Source: Chromera velia (lineage: Eukaryota). From it: DNA of 54,706 nt. Shown here piece by piece: positions 17,805 to 27,986 of the stretch. Numbering within the stretch: position 1 is the first letter of the stretch; every line of letters starts with the position of its first letter. A model generated the notes under the pieces. It made no database searches. It saw only the letters and a program-made list of their open reading frames with translations, and was not told the DNA's origin. The DNA lies in NCBI GenBank assembly GCA_018398765.1, contig JAHBMJ010000202.1, positions 1-54,706 of the forward strand. The letters are read 5' to 3'. Position numbers and translations under genes: made by a program.

Positions 17805-18560
17805 AGGCAGGGAGGCAGGCAGGCAGGCAGGCAGTCAGCTAGTCAGCTAGTCAGCTAGTCAGTCAGTCAATCAGGCAGTCAGGCAGTATGCTTCGTGTGT
17901 GCCTTTTTTGATCGTGTTGACATCAGGGGACAAATCTCTCGCACACCTAAAAAATAAGTTGTTTTGTTTTCGAGATCAAAAAGCGAGAATTCTCAATTGT
18001 TTTTCACTTTGAGCTTGACATCTGTTTGTTTCTGTATTTGTTTGTCTTTGTAAGTGTATCTGTTTCTGCATGTGCATGGGCGTCGCTTGAGTGCCTGTTT
18101 CAGGGGGATGTGAGATGCCGCCGGAGTGGAACGGCGCAGGTGTGAAGCTCGCCTCGCTTCCCTTTTCTGTCAAAGACAAGGGAAAACCCTCAGCCAGTGA
18201 TGACGACTGGAAGCCATATGAACCTCCCATTGGAATTGGTTGGCAGATCCGCTTTGACTGCCCAAACGGAGTCCTCAGTTCGGAAAACGCAACCTGCACG
18301 AGACTGGGAGACCGCGCAGTTTTTTCCCCGAATGAAACTAGAGTCTCTTGCGGTCAGCTGAGCTACTTACATCTCTCTCGCTGGAATTCCGATTCACAGA
18401 TTCACTTCTCAGTTCCTGCATATCCCCTTCATCGTCAGGTATGTGTCCGTACCCACCACAGCATGCAGGTCGACAGGCTCTTGAATGCTTGAAAGGAGGC
18501 CAAGACATCGACAGAAAAAACAGTTGCTGTTCTCAAAGACAGACAGACAGACAGACAGAC

Positions 18561-18593
<33 letters not shown>

Positions 18594-20989
18594 TACAGGC
18601 AGGCAGGCAGGCAGGCAGGCAGACAAACAGACAAACAGAGGGACAGGCTAAATGACTTCTTTTTTTCACGCAGACAGACAGGTAGATAGGCAGACAGACA
18701 GACAGACAGACAGACAGAGGCAGAAACGCACAGCGAGCTGAAGCAACCCGCAGCCAGCTGACTTCGCAGACTCAATTGAATTTTTGGATGATCAGAAAGA
18801 GTTTTGAGAACAGACGCATCCCCTTCGCAAGCACATTCATTTATGAGTCTGTCTCATAAAATGCATCCTTTTTCAGTCCCAAAAAGCACCTTTAAAAATC
18901 CAACCAAGCGCACGACATAGGAAAAACATTGGTTTTCATTTACTGATGGTTTGCAGATGGGTGCAGAACGCCGTCGTGGATTGTTGGTATCCCCGCCAAC
19001 TCTTCTGACCTGTTACCCATGACAGTGGAGGTTCGAAAAAAAAATGTCAGCAAACGCAGCCTAGTTGGGACGAAGAAAGCGGCGGCAAGTGAGGAAGGGG
19101 AAGAGGTAGAAGCAGAGGAGGGGGCAGGGGTGCAGGAGGCAGAAGATGAGTGGAGGAAATACGAAGCGTGGGAAGCAATGGGGGTGGGGGACCGTCTGCG
19201 GTTTCGCTGCGACTCCGGCGCGTTGCTTCAGAAGAGAAGGGTACTATCCGCGTTAGACCAGGAGGCAGATGAGCAGTTTTCCACATCAGGTGTAGAGTGC
19301 CAGTGGGTTGACCCAGAGAAACGTCGCCAGCCCTCCTTCCTGAAACTCTGGGAGTTTTCATCTCTCTACTGCAGTCAGTTGAAGCAAGCTCAATCTGATT
19401 TAGCATGAGTGCTTGTGATCCCTTTGCTTGTCGGAACTTTTTGCTTGAGTGAGAGTTCTTTCGAAAAAGTCAATATCGGACACACAGACGGCGTCTGCGT
19501 TGATGTTAATGCACAAGTGAGCGCCCGATTCAGACAAAAGGAAATATCTCACGATCCTGTACTCCCACGTTTGCTTCAGTCAGGTGCCCTTAGCGTGCAG
19601 GACGCCGTAAAAAGTTTGTCCTTCTGATGCGATTAAAGAAGAGAGACTGCATGAATGGCTCAATTACGCAAGCACACGAACTGAGATTTACTGACCAAAG
19701 GACACTGAAAGATCCACACACAAAGAATGAGAGGCAAACAGAGCGATCGGTCCGAGGAGGCAGACAGAAGGGAGCAAGGAAGGCATGAGTAATCAGGATT
19801 GATTCAACGACAGTGCGTGCGTCAGGCTGATCGATGAGATGAGACCTGCCGGCCCTTGTTGTCTTCAGGAGGTTGCTCGGTACCTCGCCAGTGGCTTCGC
19901 GGACAGCAGCTGTGGGGCACTCGTTACATCGTGGAGGCCTCGTCGATCGGTCGGGCAGGCGGCGAGGAGAGGGAGAGCTTCCAGCCGAATATGACCGCGC
20001 CAGTCGCCATCAACGACACTCTCTTTTTCACATGTCCAAAGGGAGGGGTGCTCCACATAGACGGGAAGCCAAAAGTGCGGGGAGGGGCGACGTGCGTGGA
20101 TCCTTTCGGGAGCCGCGAGTTTGATGTCGGCGTGTCGGACGTGAAGTGCGGTGAGTGGACTCTGTAACTCTGTCAAGAGGAGTCTAGCTGTACCATAAAG
20201 GTTTATCCATTTGTCTGCGTGCTTGTCTGTCTTGAAAATGCGTCAAGAGACGGGAAGATACGAAAAGGGGAGGAAAGGAGAGAACACACAATCTGTCTGC
20301 TTGTCGATCTGTCCGCCTGTTTTTGCCCATCTCAGTGTTTTTCTGTGTCTTTATATCCCTCTCTTGATTTTGTTTTGTTCCGCCTCATCTGACACCGGCT
20401 CTGCCACGTATCGCCCCGGTTGCTCGTCCCGCCTGGTTGTCCCTGAGAGTTCTTCCACGGTTTCCTCCTGAAATTCATTGCAACGAAAAGGGAGGAGGCC
20501 GACTGGGAAGCAACAGAAATTAATTGGAAAATGAAAGAGTCAACGCTTACCTCGATCTTGAGGGTCTCTTTGTCCGTGCGTGTCCGGACATCGGTACAAT
20601 CATCGCGGCAGCACAAGTGTGAATTCAAACGACGATCAAGACTGCTTGGCGTTTTGAATTGAACCGAACAAAACTACCGAAGTTTGACGTCCAACATTGG
20701 CAGAATCTATGGATAATTAATCTGTTTGGATGCAGTTCGGAGCACTGGAGCTACTTTGGGGGAAGTCTGTCTGTGGACGTTCTTTGCCCTGCTCCTGGCA
20801 GTCGCCGTCTGCTTTTTCGTCTGGTACAGTTGGAAAGAAAAGTGGCGGCGACGCAAAATCGCCCGACAACTGAACCTCCAGAGACTTTTGGTCCCTCCAG
20901 AGGGCGCGGACGTGAGCGAGATGGTCACAGAGAGGCCCTGCAATCTTGCTAAACAAGAAACCAGAGCACGGCGACGATCTCCATTATAG
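13288..20989 (+). CDS. RCC1-repeat / 4x Sushi-like / single-TM surface protein, paralog C (~964 aa)
   Basis: Exons 13288-13378, 14248-14581, 15156-15364, 16102-16788, 17198-17569, 18104-18352, 18957-19373, 19869-20150, 20736-20989 sum to 2895 nt in frame. [21 protein letters not shown] is followed by [19 protein letters not shown]. Confidence 0.85.
17568..17885 (+). repeat. (CAGT)n/(CAGG)n intronic microsatellite starting at the splice donor
   Basis: TGCA|GTCAGTCAGT... The repeat begins in the donor of paralog C exon 5. Confidence 0.9.
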
Positions 20990-22168
20990 CGGTGATTAAT
21001 GGGTTTATGATGTTAAATAAAAAGCATCTTCTGAAGGAGACGAATCCTGGCCGGTGTTATACTACGCGCAACTCAGCTGCCTGGATGATTGGACTCACCG
21101 CATTCAGTCACTTGTAATTTTTTCAAGTCACCATCATCTCATCCTTCTCATAATTGCAGTTAAAATTTTTATTATAGAGGTTGTCATCATCAAAATCAGT
21201 TAGAAAGTCAGTCTATTTGCAATTTCTGACTTCGCCGGCCTTTGAACGCAACACGGAATACTTAACAGGGTACGTATGTCCGTGTATGTCAGTCAACACT
21301 TAAAATACATATAAAATAGTTTCATTCAATTTTAATTTAAACTTTTACAAAATTAATAATATAAATTTTCCTTATGAAAAGCTAGACTACTCTATAACAA
21401 CAATTTTAATCACAAAAAATTCTAAGTTGATTACTCTTCCTACCTGTAGAGAGTAAATGAAAGTGGCATTGTCTAGCCACGTGTGGCGCATCATAGTCAT
21501 ACTAAGTCATGTGATAAACCTCACACTGATAAAATATTTTTAATGAACGTTTCTGCACCGGGCTAAGCACCGGGCTCTCATATAATAACGATATCCCAAG
21601 GTATGCCTGAAGTCTTCCCTAGAGTCTTCCGATGCACCTCTGCACTGAGTCCGCAGGTTATTTTGAAAGATGCCGACGCCTCTGCACTGGCCTCTGCATG
21701 ATGCAATCTCCTTCGATATGACACATGCATTCGGCCGTCAGTGCCCGTCACGGTGGTGCATAAGCAGATATTGGCAGTGTGATGTGTGCACAAGTCTGTG
21801 AGTACTTGAAAAAGTGCCTGAAATTGCGCTTTTATGTAAGCTTTGATTTGGATGTCTTCGCCAGAATGACAACGATAGGAAGAGCATGCATGAGCTTGCG
21901 TGTGTGTACCTGTCTATTCCTTTCTCTTCTGAGTGCTTTGGTACAAGTCAAATTCACTTGATCGGCCCTCTCCTTCGTCCTCCTATGAAGCTTTACCTTG
22001 AAGCCACCCCCCCCCCCCCCNACCCTCTGCGTATACCCCAGCTTCTTGCCTCCCTGTGTACCTCAGCCAGTCAAAGTCAAACCTCCCCGTCCCACCCGCG
22101 TCTCACTCTCTGCAAATATTCAATTTTCAAATCTCGCGCCTGCCCGTCTCTCTCTCTTTCTCTCTGTG

Positions 22169-25100
22169 TTAGCTGAAAGAGATATGTACGAACAGCGACG
22201 CGTATTCGTACTCTGTCCACTTGGAGCTTCTCAAACGGATAGTGCGGAACCCTGGTCGAAGGTCAGGCACTCTGCAGGAGAACACCCCTATCAACAGATT
22301 CGACCAGAGGAACTCCTCATCCATCACAACACACAGCAATGTGGCCATGTCAGGATCAACGAGAGGAAAACGGAACGTCTCCTCGGACCATCTGGGATTC
22401 CATCCGTTGTCCTTCACTGTCTTGCTCTTCAACGTACGGCAATCCTGGGTACAACCCACCATTTTGAAACGAACATAAGGGTCAATCACATCCCCCTCCT
22501 CCTTCCCCTCTTTGTTCTCCGCCTTCGGAAGCATAAAACCGTCAATCAATCGAATCGTCAGGGTCGTCTTCACGGCAGTCACTCCACTGGGGGACAGGAG
22601 GGACGGAGTGAAATTTGCAGGCAGAGAGGACCTGCTGGGTCTCTGGGAGGACTCGCTCCCTCTGGCCTGCCCGGACACGCTCACTGCTGCTGCTTCTGAG
22701 GCCATCCCACCCCTCTCACCGTTCCCCCCCCCCTCCGGTTGGGAGGAGACGGCACGCATGCACGCAGGCTTTAGGACAAACCCACATGCGGCGTTACTGA
22801 GAAAGAATCCCTCATTCACCCACATCTGCTCCTTGGGCGTCTGATAGTTCAGAGCGACCAACTGAGCCCCTGCAAGCCAAAACGGCCAGGGGTCGTAATT
22901 GGAGCTGTCCACCCTCAAGCCTTTTGGATAGACTCTCACCAGGTGTCGGGAGGTGAGGGAAAGAACTGAGGCAGGACTCTTTGCTATGGCTGCTGCTATT
23001 TTGGTCTCCGAGAAGGAAAACATGTGCCAGGGGAGGAATCCGGTTGTCTGCTCCCAGCTACGAAGAGGGACCGTGCCTAGATGAACGCGGTCTGCGAGGG
23101 AACTCGCAATGGTGGCCTTTTCAGGCACCCTGCCTCCTCCCTTACTGGCCCCCCCGGGGCTGTTTGCGCTTGACTGGGTGATGGCTGATGGGGAGAGTTC
23201 GGTATGGGAGTGGATAATCGGAAGAACCATCGACTCATCATGTCCGATTGCTGTGCCGACCCCCGAACCTGCAGGGGGCTGGGGACTCCCCAGAGGTGCG
23301 GAGACGGCAACGCACCCTCCTCCTTCTAATACCCCCCCACCACTCGCACAGACTTGAGGGGCACTTTTGGTTGAAGGGAGCGGTGCGAAATCCTGTGCCG
23401 TCTCCTGGTCAATGGCATCAGTCTCTACTTTGAGGAGAGCCTCAGGATCAACATGCAGGGATGCAGCGTCGTCAGCAACTGCATCGGAGACACGTCGGCT
23501 TTCATTCATTTCCGATCTCTCTCTCTCCTCTTCCTCCTCCTCCTCCCCATCATCAACAACGTATTCCTCTGTCTCCGCGAGACTCGTAGTGCTCCCCATG
23601 TTCTGCAACTGTGCACAGCGATCTAAGACGAATCCTTCGGCATTGAACTCCTCAGCAGCAGCCTGTTCGGGTTGGGCTGCTGCTGCGGGTTTTGCATTGG
23701 GATCCGCTGCTGCTTCTGTGTCGGTGTTGGGTTGTTGCACCGGCGTGGCTGTTGGTTTTTTCTTCAAGAGGTGTTTGGGGAGTTTGTACCGCTTCCATTT
23801 GAGCAAGATCTTTCCTTTCAACTCCTCGGGAGACGGCAAAGGCCGTGCTGCCGAGAAGAGCACCCGGTCTGCCAACAGCTCCCCGAGCTCTTCCTTGAGG
23901 ATTCGGGCCATGGCGCTCTGTCCCTTCAGGGAGCAGTGCACTTCCAGGGAGAGAATCAGGGGAAAGGCAGAGGAGACGAAGGCATACTTGCGGATGGCCC
24001 TCACCACCTCTCTGCAGACACAGAGAAAGACAAGACAGAAGGAAGAAATAAGGAAGACTGCAATAGACAGTGTCAGGGACTTACACAACAACGCAGAGAG
24101 ACAGAGAAAGGGACAACCGAACTCCGCCTGCCTGCCTCCCCTACACGTAGGGAGGACACAACGTAGGGCAAAGAGAATTAATGGCAATGGGAGAGAACGG
24201 AGAAATGAGGGAGAATCGACGCGAGGACTAAGAGGGGGGTTGGGACGAAGTCACAGAAGGTGCAGGTGAGACAAGGGGGCGGGGGAAAGAGGGAAAGAAC
24301 CAAGCATCTCATTGAGAAACAAAAAAACCATTGCTGCTCTTTCCTTTTTCAGACTCTCAAAAAAATTCCTGAAAGGCCCGCAGCGATCGCACATTTCGGG
24401 ACGGAGGCCTGAAAGAGGCTTCGTTCGGTGTGTAAGAATAATCGCGGAAAGAAAGCCAACCGACCGACCGAAAGAAGATGTTAGAGGTCAAAGTGTACCC
24501 GTGATAGATGATGGGCTCATTTATTTTCATAGAGAATTCTTTTTCATACAAAATAAATGCAAACACCGACCGAAAGAAGATCTTAGAGGTCAAAGTGTAC
24601 CCGTGATAGATGATGGGCTCCTGCATGTCGCTGCCGTCCCAGCAGTCCAACTCCACACACCTGCAGGACGTTCGTTCAGTTTGTGCATGAATGAGTGAAG
24701 CTTGAGAAGGGGGCAGAGGGGAGATGTGCGAGCCGTGAGAAGGAGAGATTCGGTGAAGTCATTTGGAGACGGCAAATAGGGAGGAAGTACGAAAGAACAG
24801 GAGACGGGAAAAGGAGAAGCACCGAGGCGGCAAAGGGCGGAGGGGAGACGGAAGAGAGGGAGGGGGAGGACGGAGACGGCATAAGTGGAAGTTCGGAAGA
24901 AGAACGCGCAGAGGAGCGATTGAAAGGAGCTTGCAGCCGAGGAGAGAGATAGGGCGGAGAGCGACGCTTCACTGAAGAAAAGGTGAGAGGCGAAAGACAA
25001 GGGGAGGGAGGGACACTTCCGGAGACGGGTCAAGGAGTTCCGATGAAGCAAAGAGGGCCGGAATTAAGGGGGCAGGGAAGGAAGGGAAGAGGAGAGGGGC

Positions 25101-25932
25101 ATCCATCATCCTTCCTGGCAGGCAGAAACAACACTACAACTTCCAATTTTTTCTTGATGAGACAGGATCTGTCTTCAAAGAAGACCTCACTCCTCCCTTG
25201 TGTCCAATTCCGCTTCAAGCAGGATATCCCTCGCTGTTGCCTGACCTACCTGCACCCCTTTTTGAGGACCGTCTCGTACGCTTCCACTGAGCTCTCACTG
25301 GCCAGTTGGTCCCCTAGGAGGTATGTGTTGTGAGAGGAGGCGACGAAGTACTCGTTCAAAGGAAGGCTCATGTCGTCAGTGATGGAGGAACCTATCACGT
25401 GGTTCCCCTGACCGTCTGTCAAGAAGTGGATGAAGTCTGACAAGGGCAGCTCAGTCCAAGTGCTAGCGTCTCTGCATCTTTGTTTTATTAGTGCCTTGGC
25501 ATCTTCCTCTGTGAAGGCTTCGTCCTTCTGGACGTCCCTCATGAAGGTGCATATCTCTTTAGGGGTGAGTGCCTTGGAAAAGGGGAAAACTTTGGTGACT
25601 GCGTCAACAACAGCCGGTCGAGAGTAAAGACCCTCCAGCATCGTGACGAATTCTGCGAAGGTGATGGTACCTCCCTTGTCTTTGTCTGCCTCCCTAAAGA
25701 AGCTCTTGAATTCTTTCCGGGACAATCTCATGTTAAGACGGTCAAGAAGAGTCTCGACCTCCTTCTCACAGAGAATGCCATCCCTGTTCGCGTCCGTCTT
25801 CTGCCACGCTGCACACACGCAACAGAGCAAACGATCGACTGATGAAAAAAGATATCCACCGAAGAAAGGAAGAAAAATCCAACCAAAGCCCACCAACTGA
25901 CCTTCCGTCACGCGTTCCAGAGACAGCGCCAT
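22169..25932 (-). CDS. PLC: Phosphoinositide-specific phospholipase C (EF-hand, X, Y, C2; no PH domain), ~840 aa
   Basis: Exons 25932-25902, 25808-25250, 24660-24571, 24011-22169 give 2523 nt in frame. Motifs: EF hands ([19 protein letters not shown]); X domain [61 protein letters not shown] domain [24 protein letters not shown]2 domain IDPYV, NGWNPRW, LRPGFR. Confidence 0.95.
24463..24620 (-). mobile_element. 46-bp TIR mini-cassette (24519-24564) flanked by a 56-bp direct duplication of the PLC exon end and donor
   Basis: 24463-24518 and 24565-24620 are identical except one base. The insert (minus strand) is GTTTGCATTTATTTTGTATGAAAAAGAATTCTCTATGAAAATAAAT, with inverted ends CATTTATTTT/AAAATAAAT(G). 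Same core as the 7927-8225 array. Mobility is inferred. Confidence 0.75.
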
Positions 25933-26199
25933 CCTGCAGTTCCTCTAAGTCTTCCGTTGAATCTGAAAGAATCACTCCGCACCGAATTCAAAGAGAGGGA
26001 ACTACCCGACGGTCAAAGTGCCTTACCTTCGGATAACACCGGCCCCTCCACTTCAAGGGATTCTCCTCCTACTGCTGCCTGCACGTCGATCCTTCCAAAC
26101 GAACAAGAGGTGCAAGACCACGAAAGGAAGCTAGTGCCCACATATATATGTGCTCTGCCGAGAAGTATCCAATTAGATTTTCTCAGTGCCATCATCATT

Positions 26200-26400
26200 G
26201 AAGAAACTTTCTGAGAGTCAGATGAGAGTCAGTGAACAGCCGCGGCGTGCATGCACGGAGCGCGCTAAGCTCGCGATCGTCGGACGTATCGTCGGCCGCC
26301 GTCTCCCATGCATGCACGTACCGGCCGGCCGTCTCCGCTCCTGCTGATTTGAATCCGGCCACTCAGATCCTTAAGAGCACTCTATCTCTGATACGATATT
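26200..26400. promoter_or_regulatory. Putative bidirectional promoter between PLC and GET2/CAML-like gene
   Basis: The divergent start codons are 652 bp apart. A GC-rich patch carries palindromic TGCATGCA at about 26248 and 26309, a known ApiAP2-type motif in apicomplexans. Confidence 0.45.
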
Positions 26401-26583
26401 GAGTCTCGGTTTATCAATAAGAGTATCACAACGGAGTCCAGCTGATCGAAAGTCAAGAGCAGCTCGCTCGGCAAGCGGATGCATCTGGAGGACGGCCCCC
26501 AATTTTCCCACGTTGATTGAGTGTGACCCGTCTACGCGGCCCCCCACCTCCCCCCCCTTTCCCTGTCTGTTGACTTCTCCTCA

Positions 26584-27459
26584 ATGGATCCGGTAGAGGA
26601 GGCCGCGAGGGCGAAGGCCGAAGCCAGAAGGAAGCGTCTGCTTGCCTCGAAGGAGAAACGGGAGGCGATGCTGACAGGAAGAGTGAAGTCGAGTGAGGCA
26701 CAGCAGACACTCGGAAAGGGACAAGAACAGGAACAGCCTTCTTCGTTCTCAGCTGCTGCTGCTGCTGCTTCCTCTTCCGCTGCCATTTCACCTCCGGTCC
26801 CAGCAGAGGGAGTCAAAGGGGCCGGTGGATCCGGTCAGGCAGAGACTGGAATTGGGGGGGATCCTGAAAATTCGGCCGTCTCCGTGGCGCGTGCGTCAAA
26901 AGACACGGCACAAACGGAGGCGATGAAGGAGAAAGAAGAGGTCGCAGAGGAGGAAGGAAGCAGTGGGTTGTTGAGCAAATCACAGAGAGATAAAGTGGCA
27001 AAAACTGGTGAAAGACTGCGGATGCCTTTGACGGTTTTCTTTGGCTTTTGTATGGGATTGAAGCTGGCAGCAGAGGAGGGCGGCGTGAGAGTGTCTAGCG
27101 GTGCGCTGAAGTCCTTGCTGTCCTTCCTTCCAATGTCGGGTTTTGTCGTGTTTCTTTTGTGCGAGTCCTTTGTGGCCTTTGTGATCTTTGGAGGTTGGGT
27201 GGTGGATTGGATGTCGAAGTTGTGGAAGGGGGGGAAGGGGGGAGAGGAGGCGGGAGACTGGATTGGCACGTCTTTACGTCTGGTGATTTTGAGCGTTTTC
27301 CTCCTGCGGTGTTTTGGTAATTTTGCGGTGTTCTTTACAGTTTGTCTTGTGGTCGAGTGGTTCGTGTTGAAGGGGGGGCTTGGGATGGTTGGTCTGTCTT
27401 TTGCTTTTGCAGAAAGGAGTGAACTTGTAGGGGCAGGGAGCATCATGGATGAATTGTGA
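26584..27459 (+). CDS. Probable GET2/CAML-family ER tail-anchored protein insertase subunit (291 aa, single exon)
   Basis: The N-terminal basic helix AKAEARRKRLLASKEKREAMLTG resembles the Get2/CAML Get3-binding motif (RxxRRx...R...ITG). A low-complexity linker and about three C-terminal hydrophobic helices follow. Confidence 0.65.
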   Translation: MDPVEEAARAKAEARRKRLLASKEKREAMLTGRVKSSEAQQTLGKGQEQEQPSSFSAAAAAASSSAAISPPVPAEGVKGAGGSGQAETGIGGDPENSAVSVARASKDTAQTEAMKEKEEVAEEEGSSGLLSKSQRDKVAKTGERLRMPLTVFFGFCMGLKLAAEEGGVRVSSGALKSLLSFLPMSGFVVFLLCESFVAFVIFGGWVVDWMSKLWKGGKGGEEAGDWIGTSLRLVILSVFLLRCFGNFAVFFTVCLVVEWFVLKGGLGMVGLSFAFAERSELVGAGSIMDEL

Positions 27460-27986
27460 CTCTCGTCAGTACGAATGACATCTTTTCGTTAGGTGATACA
27501 GTCGAATAGAAAACAGCTCTGCGGCTCTCCCCATGGTATGGCAGCAAGCATCTGTGGCTGGCCTGTGAGTGAGAACCACAGAGAGTGACCGTCTTGTGAC
27601 TGTCCCCTCGCTATATCGTTCTGCCTCTGTTTCACTTTCAAATTGATTCTGCATAAGCATATAGCAGAGTCTATTTCACTGTCTCAGAAAAGGCTTTGTT
27701 AAAAATTCATGCCGTGCCTTTCCTGCTGCATATTCTTTTGTTCCTTTGTCCATCTTCCGCATAGTGTCCAAGCTTTTTCTGTGTTTCTCGATCTTTTCAG
27801 TTGCTCATAGTCGCTTAGGCCACCAGTTTCTCTCAGTGGTGTCAAAGCATTTGAAATGGCATGGGTCTTGAAGTTCCCGGGTCACAATAGTTTAGTTTAG
27901 CTGCAACTTTAGCATTTAGCTAGGCAATTGTAGGCATTTAGTTGACTGAATTACAACTAATTTAATGACTGGTTCAATAATCATGG

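Noticed and set aside
20981..21002. CCATTA...TAATGG mini-hairpin at paralog C stop as another cassette
   Set aside because: It aligns loosely with paralog B's stop region and has only 6-bp arms; likely chance.
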